NCBI RefSeq assembly: GCF_963921235.1
Contig: NC_086097.1
Coordinates: 159,900,001 to 159,964,000, forward strand
DNA: 64,000 nt
Direction of reading: 5' to 3'
Source of the DNA: Mobula hypostoma
Taxonomy: Eukaryota
Shown here: piece after piece, positions 1 to 10,689 of the stretch
Position numbering within the stretch: the first letter of the stretch is position 1
How the letters are laid out: each line of letters begins with the position of its first letter
The notes under the pieces: generated by a model
What the model was told of the DNA's origin: nothing
The model's database searches: none
The model's input: the letters and a program-made list of their open reading frames with translations, nothing else
Program-made: the position numbers and the translations under genes

Positions 1-690
1 CTTCCCTGACAAATCTGTTGGAATTCTCTGAAGAAATAACAAGTAGAATAGACAAAGGAGAATTGGTGAATGTTGTGTACTTTGATTTTCAGAAGACCTC
101 TTCTTTTTCCATTTATGTCATTGATGGAATTGATAGCTTTGTGGCCAAGTTTGCAGATAATACAAAGATAGGTGGAGGGGCAAGTGGTGTTGAAGAAGCA
201 GGGAGACTGCAGAGGAATTAGACAGGTTAGATGAATGGGCAAAGAAGCAGCACATGGAACACAGTGCCGGGAAGTGTATGATCATGCACTTGGAAGAAGG
301 AATAAAAGTGTAGACTATTTTCTGAGCGGGGAGAAAATTAAAAAATCCAAGGTGCAGAGGGACTTGGGAGATCACGTCATGTGCAGATTTCCCTAAAGGT
401 TAACTTACAAGTTGAGTCAGTGGTGAGGAAGGGAAATGCAATGTTACCATTCATTTCAAGAGGACTAGAGAATTTCTTTAGCCAGAGAGTGATGAATCTG
501 TGGAATTTGTTGCCACCGGAGACTGTACAGGCCAGTTATTGGACATATTTAAGCTGGAGGTTGATAGATTCTTGATAATTCATGGTGTGAAAGGTTATGG
601 GCAGAGGGCAGGAGATTTGATTTGAGAAGGAAATGGAGGAGCATTCGATGGGCCGAATGGGCTAATTCTGCTCCTACGTCTTATAGTCTA
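1..690 (+). mobile_element. Old, internally deleted CR1 LINE 3' fragment
   Basis: Translates to CR1 RT remnants (VNVVYFDFQK, KFADNTKIGG, NFFSQRVMNLWN) and ends in a CR1-type 3' UTR (gggccgaatgg...ctgctcct). Confidence 0.85.
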
Positions 691-1457
691 ACTTAGAATT
701 TGAAATACCCCTACACTTTCTGCTTACACTAGGACTTCTAACAGAATCTGTTGGACAATTTGCATTACCAATCCATCAAAATAGAGAGCTGGAGCTAAAC
801 TTAGGGTTGTTGTTGTTTAACATACTGTATCTTCAGGTTCCCATTTACAGAACATTATTACAGCTTGCCTTATAAGAAATATCATTTTTAGTTCTTATCC
901 TAATAGCATAAAAATCAAAAGTGTTTAGATAAACTTAACAGAGTGTCATAGTTGAAATTTGTAAGGTATTACGATTAGAACTCTCTGAAAAGAATTGTGT
1001 AAATCAAGCATGTTTTCTAATATCAAATCACAATGTATTAATGAAGATAGGATTTTCTTTTAATTTAAATATCTGCACTTCTAGAAGCATCAGTTATTGT
1101 TTTTCCTGTGGAGAACCCAGATCTGTGATTTACATCTTGATTGACATACACAGGGGGCTCTTGATGGATGTAGTCAGCGAGCAGACTAATATTAAGAAAA
1201 TGTACAGCACAATCAGAGCATCTGGGCTGTCTACAGGCATGCCTCAAGTTTATCATCTATGTAGTAAAGTCCCATAAATATATTGCATTATATTGTGAAA
1301 GTGGGATTCAATAGACATCTTTAAGTTACATCTTGCAATTCTGTTTTTAAATTTTAATATAAAGATCCATCCTGTCACTAAAGCCTTTAACTTGCTCTTC
1401 CTCTCTTACAAATACCCAAACTTCTTATTGCAAGTTATAAAATAAAACACTTTTATG

Positions 1458-1518
1458 CACTCAGTGGCCACTTTATTTGGTATAAGAAGTACTTGCCTAA
1501 TAAAGTGGATACTAGTTG
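1458..1518. mobile_element. Tiny Tc1/mariner-type MITE (about 60 bp)
   Basis: Imperfect terminal inverted repeats cactcagtggccactttatt ... aataaagtggatactagttg, followed by TA. Confidence 0.6.
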
Positions 1519-2424
1519 TATAATACCACTATTGTAGAAAGAAGTGTGTCTAAGCAATTAATATTCTGGCCATGTTGATTGAATCATTTTGACCTTAGGT
1601 GCTGTCTTTGTGGAATTTACGTGTTTTTCCTAGAACCATGTGGTTTCATGTTTTCTTATGAATAGTTGTGTTTTATTTTTCTGAAGTTAATCGTGACTTC
1701 TTCCAAAATAATATCCATGGAAGCCCTGCTGTTAGAATTACACATCAACTTCACAGAAACCATTAGGTTATTGTTAAAGTTAATCATGAATGCGTTCAGT
1801 TGGGTAATGCTGGAACAGATGCCTTTCAGCTATCAAGGAGGAAGATGTCCACTCAGTAAAGCCACTTGTTCCCCTCTTCAGATCCTCAATGAAGAATTAC
1901 GGATACTCTTTATTGTTCATGCTTGGATACTGGCACATATGCTTGCTGGCAGGGTCAATGTTCATTTCTGCAGATCATCATATTCAGCATGACTCAGTAA
2001 ACTGTCCTATCATGCCGAATTATCTATGGCTAACCTTACTAGGAGCTTGCATTGTAGAAAGTCCCAACTTTGGTTCCTGTAAAATAGATGCTGTCATTTC
2101 AAAGTTCAAAAAGTTCGAAGTAAATTTATTATCAAAGGATGTATATGTCACCATATACTACCCTAAGATTCATTTTTGCAGGCATTCACTATAGGACAAA
2201 GAACTACAATTGAATCAATGAAAAAATATACACAAAGACTGACAAGCAACCAGTGCAAAAAAGGAATATTTTGCAAATACCAAAACACAAATTCTCATAA
2301 TAAATAAATAATATTAAGAACATTAGTTGTAGAGTCCTTGAAAGTGAGTTCTTAGGTTTTAGCAACACACATCAAAGTTGCTGGTGAACGCAGCAGGCCA
2401 GGCAGCATCTGTAGGAAGAGGTGC

Positions 2425-2460
2425 AGTCGACGTTTCAGGCCGAGACCCTTCGTCAGGACT
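2425..2460 (-). ncRNA. Minimal type I hammerhead ribozyme (Penelope-associated)
   Basis: Minus strand reads AGUC CUGACGA A GGGU-CUCG-GCCU GAAA CG UC GACU: core boxes CUGANGA and GAAA, stem I AGUC/GACU, stem II, palindromic ACGU stem III, GUC cleavage triplet. Confidence 0.85.
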
Positions 2461-2758
2461 AACTGAAGGAAGAGTGAGTAAGGGATTTGAAAGTTGGAGG
2501 GGGAGGGGGAAATCCAAAATGATAGGAGAAGACAGGAGGGGGAGGGATAGAGCCAAGAGCTGGACAAGTGATGGGCAAAAGGGGATACGAGAGGATCATG
2601 GGACAGGAGGTCCGGGAAGAAAGACAAGTTGGGGGGGGGGAACCCAGAGGATGGGCAAGAGGTATATTCAGAGGGACAGAGGGAGAAAAAGGAGAGTGAG
2701 AGAAAGAATGTGTGCATAAAAATGAGTAACGGATGGGGTACAAGGGGGAGGTGGGGCC

Positions 2759-4160
2759 TTAGCAGAAGTTAGAGAAGTTGATGTTCATGCCATCAGGTTG
2801 GAGGCTACCCAGACGGAATACAAGGTGTTGTTCCTCCAACCTGAGTGTGGCTTCATCTTTACAGTAGAGGAGGCCGTGGATAGACATGTCAGAATGGGAA
2901 TAGGATGTGGAATTAAAATGTGTGGCCACTGGGAGATCCTGCTTTCTCTGGCGGACAGAGCGTAGATGTTCAGCAAAGCGGTCTCCCAGTCTGCGTCGGG
3001 TCTCGCCAATATATAAAAGGCCACATCGGGAGCACCGGATGCAGTATATCACCCCAGTCGACTCACAGGTGAAGTGTTACCTCACCTGGAAGGACTGTTT
3101 GGGGCCCTGAATGGTGGTATGGGAGGAAGTGTAAGGGCATGTGTAGCACTTGTTCCGCTTACACGGATAAGTGCCAGGAGGGAGATCAGTGGGGAGGGAT
3201 GGGGGGGACGAATGGACAAGGGAGTTGTGTAGGGAGCAATCCCTGCGGAATGCAGGGGGGGGGGGAGGGAAAGATGTGCTTAGTGGTGGGATCCCGTTGG
3301 AGGTGGCGGAAGTTACGGAGAATAATATGTTTGACCCGGAGGCTGGTGGGATGGTAGGTGAGGACCAGGGGAACCCTATTCCTAGTGGGGTGGCGGGAGG
3401 ATGGAGTGAGAGCAGATGTACGTGAAATGGGGGAGATGCGTTTAAGGGCAGAGTTGATAGTAGAGGAAGGGAAGCCCCTTTCTTTAAAAAAGGAAGACAT
3501 CTCCCTCGTCCTAGAATGAAAAGCCTCATCCTGAGAGCAGATGCGGCGGAGACGGAGGAATTGCGAGAAGGGGATGGCGTTTTTGCAAGAGACAGGGTGA
3601 GAAGAGGAATAGTCCAGATAGCTGTGAGAGTCAGTAGGCTTATAGTAGACATCAGTGGATAAGCTGTCTCCAGAGACAGAGGCAGAAAGATCTAGAAAGG
3701 GGAGGGAGGTGTCGGAAATGGACCAGGTAAACTTGAGGGCAGGGTGAAAGTTGAAGGCAAAGTTAATAAAGTCAACGAGTTCTGCATGCGTGCAGGAAGC
3801 AGCGCCAATGCAGTTGTCGATGTAGCGAAGGAAAAGTGGGAGACAGATACCAGAATAGGCACGGAACATAGATTGTTCCACAAACCCAACAAAAAGGCAG
3901 GCATAGCTAGGACCCATACGGGTGCCCATAGCTACCCCTTTAGTTTGGAGGAAGTGGGAGGAGCCAAAGGAGAAATTATTAAGAGTAAGGACTAATTCCG
4001 CTAGACGGAGCAGAGTGGTGGTAGAGGGGAACTGATTAGGTCTGGAATCCAAAAAGAAGCATAGAGCTTTGAGACCTTCCTGATGGGGGATGGAAGTATA
4101 CAAGGACTGGACATCCATGGTGAAAATAAAGCGGTGGGGGCCAGGGAACTTAAAATCATC
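2759..4160 (-). pseudogene. Penelope RT + GIY-YIG endonuclease ORF, disrupted
   Basis: Frameshift at the G-run near 3255-3270, in-frame stop at 3077-3079, catalytic YIDD changed to YIDN; ORF-track pieces 3186-4184, 3077-3652 and 2759-3052. Confidence 0.9.
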
Positions 4161-5479
4161 TGTGATAAGCTGGGCTGTATCCATTACTTTTAGTGGACTT
4201 TTCTATTCTCAGATATTGTTTTTTTTCCATACCAGGCTGTGATGCAACCAGACAAGATAATCTCCATTGTGCATCTATAAAAAAATTGTCAAAGTTTTAG
4301 TTGACATGTCAAATCTGTGCAAACTTCTGAGAAAGTGGAAGTGCTGCTGTGTCTTCTTTGTAAAAGCATTTGTATGTGTCATTTTCAATGAGAAGCTGAA
4401 AATCTGAAATGAAATTAGGAACCAATTTGTGGTTTTAGTCATTCCTAGCTTGTGTTTTGTCTAGAGACGTACGAGCACAGCAGAAATGAAGTATAATCAC
4501 TACTGAATAAACATCATAGCCTTGTATGAAACATTTTAAGATTTTGATGCAGTCAACAGAAGTAATTGGAATTATTTTGAAGGTATTATTCATCACTTCG
4601 TTGTTAGTAAGGTCTTGAGGCCGCACTGGTCCTTTGAAATAAACTTCATCATAGATTACAGCTAAAGTAAAATAACCAAAAATGTGTGAGAATCTGACCC
4701 TAATTGTTTCACTGAAATTGCCTTGAATGCAGAATCCTACTGTGCCTGCAAAATATTCAATCCGTCCATATCCCATCCCTTGATGAGTCATTAATGAAGC
4801 CATTAGACTCACCCACATTCCTTTACAATGTTACCTTTCAACATAATACAGTCTAAACTAAAACATCAATAACCTGGTAATTGCTGTAGTGTTGATTTGT
4901 AACTATAGCAGTAAAGCTTTTATGTACATTTGATTTTGCTGAGCATCACGATTAACTTAAGGAAAAGAAAACACAACTATTCATTAGCTGTTGGGTACTT
5001 CAAGGTAGCTAACTAAACTAATAGCTCTCTATATATAAATCTGACTGTAAATACAAATCTGAAAACAGTTACATAAAGAAAGCAAAGGCTTCTGATTTGT
5101 TAATGGAAAATTTGCTTCTTTAATTTTCATCCTTTTTCTGCTGCTCATATTCTTGGTATTATTTTTCTCCAACCCAGGGTTACTGGTCCTAAATTCTCTT
5201 CTCTGACCATAATGTTAAGTGAAGGCTTTGATTACAAGAACTGAACTTGCAAAACCAAAACCACATGTGGCAGCACTGACAACTACCATTTGCACAGATT
5301 GATTCAGATCAAGATGTTCTGTAGTTTATTCGATGTCACCTTTCCTGAATATCAACCCTGCTATCTTTCTATTATAGCATCCAGCTATTAATAAAAGGAA
5401 GTGCCTGGTTGAAACTGTTTCCTTTTGTAATATTATTGATCTTTAGTACTTGTAAAAAGGTATTTTCTGATCTTGCTGT

Positions 5480-6096
5480 CGTCGTGGCTATCCCTTGAGG
5501 TCGAGGATGATGGTCCATTGATCTGTTTATGGGCTCTCAAGTGGCTTATGATCTAATCTTGGCTTTGAAGGTTCTTCCGCATTCAGGACAAGTAGTTCCA
5601 GATGGCAGATTGGGCTTTGGTTGTTGCTGCCTCCCTTTCCATTTTCTTCTCTTTTCTTCTAATTCTGCACATCTGTTGGCTTTGAAAGATGCTGCTCCTT
5701 CTTGGATGATGGCTTGCCAGAGTTTCCTGTCCTTGGCATTGGACCCACAGAATGAAGACGCCTGTGCATGTATTTGTTTAGCATGTACTTGATGTTGCAC
5801 TCCAAGAAGCACACGATTCCAACTGATCAACCAACTGATTCCAATGGAATGGAAACCACAACGATTGGAGCTGATGGATTTGTTGCAGCCTTCATCCACC
5901 TTCACAGCCTTTGAGATCGAAGTGACTTCATCCGCCTGTTCCACCGTTAAGGTCTTGGTTGGATTATTCTTTGTCAGGGACCTCACCCTCGACCTTTCCG
6001 CCATGGGTGACCCTACCAAGAGCATAGCTCCAGACAGCATCGCACAAGCTTCTCCACCACGACAAGGTGACAATCCATGCAGAAGGGGAGGTTTAC
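5480..6096 (-). mobile_element. Bipartite non-autonomous RTE-clade element (5' UTR fused to 3' end)
   Basis: 10-bp TSD atcttgctgt (5470-5479, 6097-6106). The 3' part encodes an RTE C-terminus (DRKLWQAIIQEG...CPECGRTF, then LISHLRAH after a frameshift). The 5' part resembles RTE/Bov-B 5' UTRs (ccttgtcgtggtggag...gagctatg...agggtcaccc...ctgacaaa). Confidence 0.8.
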
Positions 6097-7330
6097 ATCT
6101 TGCTGTAAATCTCCGCTGAATCTCTATATTTCTATTTTGGAAGTATGTCTTAAAATAATATTCCTGTCTTACTTTTTTCTGTCTCTCCAAGATTCCTTCT
6201 GGGATATCCTATTTTGTGGTTTTACCCTTTTTCATTATATCATTCCCCATAGATTTTCTTCATGAACGTGAAGATGGTTTAGCTGGCCTCTGTCTCCCAC
6301 TGGAGTCCTATCTAGTCATTTACACAGAGCAAATAAGTGCCCAAATCCTTCTCAATGGGACCATGAACAAATTCAATATAATTTGCTTGACCCAGTTTTC
6401 ATTTAGAAGCAAGTCTTTTTGAGTAAGGTGCTCAAGTTTTTCTTGCATCTAGTATATTTAATCCTCACCTCTTCAGTTGACACTAATCTGATTAATTGCT
6501 GCATCTGAAAACATTGTGGTGGTACTGCTATCCAATCTCTTGGCTGAGCTAAGCTGAGCACACAGCTTCAGGCTGTTCAAGAGATATTACGGTTATAGAC
6601 TAAGCTTCTGCTTATAGACTTCTTCAGCAGAGGAGAGGGAGGGTCATTCATGGGAAAGGGCAAATATGAGAAACAAAGAGGCAAAATATTTCAATAGTCT
6701 TGGATCCTTCAGTGCAGTAAAATAAATCTACTCAAGCAAATAGTTATGTAGTAGCAAAGATTGGACAAGCTCCCATAGCCTCTGTAAATGCATGACTGAC
6801 TCCTACAACGCTTGCCTGTCTCTGCAAGCTTTTGTCCCTCTCCATATGAGGGCTTCTGGAAGTGAGTTAAGTGGCCTAAAGTACAACTAGAATTATCATG
6901 GGAAGTAATATACTATTCAACAAACTAAAATGTTTGAATAAAGTAGTGCATATGGGCTTTATTTTGTTTCCGCTTCATACCTCTTGGTTGACGCAGACAT
7001 TTTACACACTTTTATCTCTGGACAATCAGTTGCCCCAGAGTTAAAATAGACAATGCAACCAATTCAGTTTAATCTTGTAAATTCTTCATCTAGCAGTTGA
7101 GTACTGATGGGAACTGACCAAAGTAAATGTTCAAAAATCAAGGATCAGTGACCAACACTATTCGCCATATACATTTACATGTATTGGGAATTTATCTTGG
7201 TGTTGGTCAGGCTGTGACATGCATCAGAAAAACTACAACATTCAACAATTATTAAGAATGAAGAATTGTATAAAAAACAAAGATAGAGTTAAAGCACAGA
7301 CATGGAATGAAATGTGCATAAATACCAGCA

Positions 7331-8396
7331 TGTCATAGAGGGGTCACTGGGAGCAGACCCAAATGCAAGACACAGAGGTACTAGGAACAGGACACAGACT
7401 AGGAGCTGGGACAGGAACACAGACCTGGGCTATGACTTTGGATAGGAAAGTGGGACCAGGACAAGGAACTGGGAACTTGGAGCCTGGGCTTGGACTCCTA
7501 GCCAAAGACTGAACAGGGACCCAGAACCTGGGTCTTGACTTGGGCTTGGACTCCAGAACTAGGCAAAGACATGACATGACTACAGGGCTGGACAAGGCTT
7601 GGATTCTTCAAGGCTGTCCTGGGCAGGACAAGGTACTCCTGGGCTGGGCGAGAACACGAAGCCTTGACTTGGTCTTGGGAGAACAGGAAATCGGAGACTT
7701 GGTCTTGGCAGAACAGGAACTCAGAGACTTGGACGAGGACTGGACACTCGGAGCCTTGGACTTGAGAGACAAGAACATGGAACACAGAGCCGGGACCCCT
7801 CCTTGGGAACATGATGATAGGGCCAGGACTCATACACAGAATGCTGAACACAACAAGACAGTTCGTAACACAAGGTAGCGGCAAACAGCCAGACCTATCT
7901 AGCAAAGGCATGAACACAGAGATGATTCCCAACACAAAGTAGCAGCAAATGGCCAGACCTAGGTGTGGACACAGAGATGGTTCCCAACACAAGGTAGTGA
8001 CAAACAGCTGGACCTACCCAGCAAAGGCATAGACACAGAGACAGTTCCCAGCATAAGGTAGCAACAAATGGCAGAACTTACCAAGCCAAGGTGTGAACAA
8101 TGACAGTTCCAAACAACAATAGACAGTTCATTATCTAGACAGAGCAAGGCTCCAGTCTTGCTCCGGCAGTTGAACTTGACAGCAATGCAGGCAAAGACTT
8201 CCAAAGAAAGGGAAGGGAACAGTCCAGCCAATGAAGCTGAACCCAGGAGCTATTTATGTAGCCAGCCCAAAATGAGAATCAGGTGCCTCAATTAGAGCAC
8301 CCAAGAGAACAAGGGAAAACCGGAAAACCTGGAATAAGGAACAGTGGACCAGAACATGAACCGGAATACAGACTTCATGGACTGGACCATGTCACA
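7331..8396 (-). mobile_element. Probable solo LTR inserted in an old LINE tail
   Basis: TG...CA termini (tgtcat...atgtcaca), short gca(t) duplication with contiguous flanks, internal tandem repeats, TATA-like ataaata on the minus strand near 8251-8257. Confidence 0.55.
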
Positions 8397-8864
8397 GCAT
8401 GTACTTACAAATTAAACAGCATAAATAAAAAGTGGTTTAAAAGTGTTTAGTGTAGTATAGTGATGGGGGTAATAGCTCGAGGGGGTGGGGAGAAGTTAAC
8501 TAGAATGGTTGATCAGATAAGATGGCTGGTGAAATAAACTTTTAAGATGGTGTGAAATTATTGTTTCAATAGCCTCTACTGCTTTCGTAATGGAGATTTT
8601 GGAAAAGGCTGTTTGCATCTGATAAATGTTATCATGTTTTTAAAGTTAAATAGCATCTTCATAATAAGCATTGGCAAAGTTACTAAAATGAATGAAATGC
8701 AGTGTATACCAGGAAGGATGGCCCGATGGGAAGATGAGTGAGAGTGATAGTGATCCTACAAAGTAGATAAATAATATAACATAGATATATTTAACTGATA
8801 AAACCACCAGAAGAACATTAGAAACAAAATTTAATCTACTCTATAAATGCCTTAAAGCAGGCAT

Positions 8865-9010
8865 CTTCTCCCTTTCTCTCCAGTCCTGAAGATGGGTCTC
8901 GGCCTGAAATGTCCACAGTTTATTCATTTCCATAGACCTGTTGAGTTCCTCCAACATTTTATGTGTGTTGTTCTGGATTTGCAGCACCTGCAGTATCCCT
9001 TGTGTTTAGG
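8865..9010 (+). mobile_element. Degenerate Penelope terminal fragment with decayed hammerhead
   Basis: cagtcctgaagatgggtctcggcctgaaatgtc... followed by the same downstream motif as other Penelope ends in the window. Confidence 0.75.
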
Positions 9011-9433
9011 TGTCAACATATGTTAGGATCATGTTTAATTCTATACTTCAAGTCCACACCAGCTTGATCTTCATATCCTAATTCAATTTAGGTTCCAAAA
9101 ATCTGTCAGTCTCAGTCTTGAATATATTCCACATCAGAGTATCCACTTTCATCCGAGAAGGAGAATTGAAAAGATTTATAACGCTGCAAAGATAAATTTT
9201 GTTTCTTTCAAATTCCCTCAGTCTGAACCATTAAGCTATTCTATGCCCCTGTTTTTTGAAAGACAGAAAATAAACTGCAGTTCCACCAAGCAATGAAAAA
9301 GGCAAATTTTAAACTGCCCTTCATGACAAGGAAAATTGGAATATGAGAGTGTTGCTGAAATTGTACACTGCTATTTATGGGGCCCTTACATGGATTCCAA
9401 GTCAAATTACGAGCTAACTGAAGAAAAAAGTTA

Positions 9434-9910
9434 CGAGGTGTGATTGATAAGTTTGTGGCCTAAGGTAGGAGGAGTCATTTTTAGAATACCTAGCACATTT
9501 ATTTTTCAACACAGTTCCCTCCTACATTTACACACTTAGTCCAGTGGTTGTGGAGCATACGAATCTTGGACCTCCAGAAAGTGTCCACAGCAGAGATGAT
9601 TGATAAGTTCGTGACCTAAGGTAGAAGGAAATAAGTTATACAGCTCTTGTTACATGCACATGCAGTTCAACTCTTTGAGTGATTATGAAGAAAGTTTTAA
9701 GTTAAAACCTCATCTCCTTCTACTTTAGGCCACAAACTTATCAATCACCCCTGCTGTGGACACTTTCTGGAGGTCCAAGATCCGTATGCTCCACGACCAC
9801 TGGACTAAGTGTGTAAATGTAGGAGGGGACTATGTTGAAAAATAAATGTGCTAGGTTTTCTAAAATTGACTCCTTCTACCTTAGGCCACGAACTTATCAA
9901 TCACCCCTCG
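9434..9910. mobile_element. Mariner-derived fold-back MITE with long TIRs
   Basis: TA target duplication (9432-9433, 9911-9912), termini cgagg(t/g)gtgattgataag, about 195-bp inverted arms; 9780-9845 encodes a mariner transposase C-terminus IRMLHDHWTKCVNVGGDYVEK*. Confidence 0.9.
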
Positions 9911-10689
9911 TAGATGAATAGATGCTGTTGGATTTAAAAAATAGGAAAATCTCATGTTGCAAAATATAATACATCACTGAAACATTGTACAAAGTTGATC
10001 AGAATGACATAGACATAAAATAATGACTGTTGAGGCAAAATGTGTTAAGTATTACACCAATTAGAAGTGCCACAGAGAATTATCAATGAATAAAAATGAC
10101 TTGATGAGGGCAAACCGGTAAATACTCGATAATGATTTTCTCAAAGTACTGTTCTCACTCCGGTAGAAAACTGAACATTCAGAGCTGGATAAATATGAGA
10201 TGCAGATCTTAAATAAACTTAAAGTGCTTCATGTCAAACCCTCCAAGCCAGAAAGCAAACAATGTGCCAATGGACTCAAATGTGAAAGTTTGTACGTTGG
10301 CAACAGTAAGTATGAAAAGAGTCAGTGGTCATAAGACCTGTTACAAGTCTTTGGAAATAAGTCCTTATCCAAACCAAATCAACACTTGGAACTCTGGAGC
10401 TCATAGTTTTAAAAGTAGAATTTATTTCTGAGATCAAGCTAAAAGGAGCTCTGTGAAACAGCCTAATAAGCGGCAGCTAACTTTAACTGAGGACGATCCA
10501 ACTTATTTAATTTTGCTGAGGAAATGACAGTCCAAGTCAATAGTGATAAACACAATAACAGTTTTAGTTAGGTCTGGCATGGAGAGTGTTTTGACTGGTT
10601 GCATCACCATCTGGTATGGAGGCTCCAATGCACAGGATTGAAAGAACCTCTAGACAGTTATAGACTCAGCCAGCTACATCATGAGCGCT

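Larger units (their letters stand above)
2361..4160 (-). mobile_element. 5'-truncated Penelope-like element (Neptune-like)
   Basis: RT (FTMDVQSLYTSIPH, GVAMGTRMGPSYA, LRYIDN, LPFLD), Cys-rich linker (PCKRNKCYTC), GIY-YIG endonuclease (IYCIRCSRCGLLYIGETRRRLGDRFAEH) and a pyrimidine-rich 3' terminus with a hammerhead motif. Confidence 0.95.
2101..4380 (-). mobile_element. Old Rex1/Babar-like LINE 3' fragment (2101-2360 and 4161-4380), split by a Penelope insertion
   Basis: Both pieces align by eye, in order, with the uninterrupted copy starting near 37905 (aaagtaaatttattatc...catatac..., accaggctgtgatgca...). Confidence 0.7.

Noticed and set aside
4435..4818. 127-aa minus-strand ORF in unique DNA
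   Set aside because: No recognisable motif or convincing splice context; compatible with chance.
5546..6190. 214-aa ORF as a zinc-finger gene
   Set aside because: It runs through flank, RTE 5' UTR and the RTE C-terminus; only the last ~65 aa are real coding remnant.
7868..8085. CRISPR-like repeat-spacer array
   Set aside because: The units are degenerate tandem duplications without unique spacers, the context is eukaryotic and there are no cas genes.
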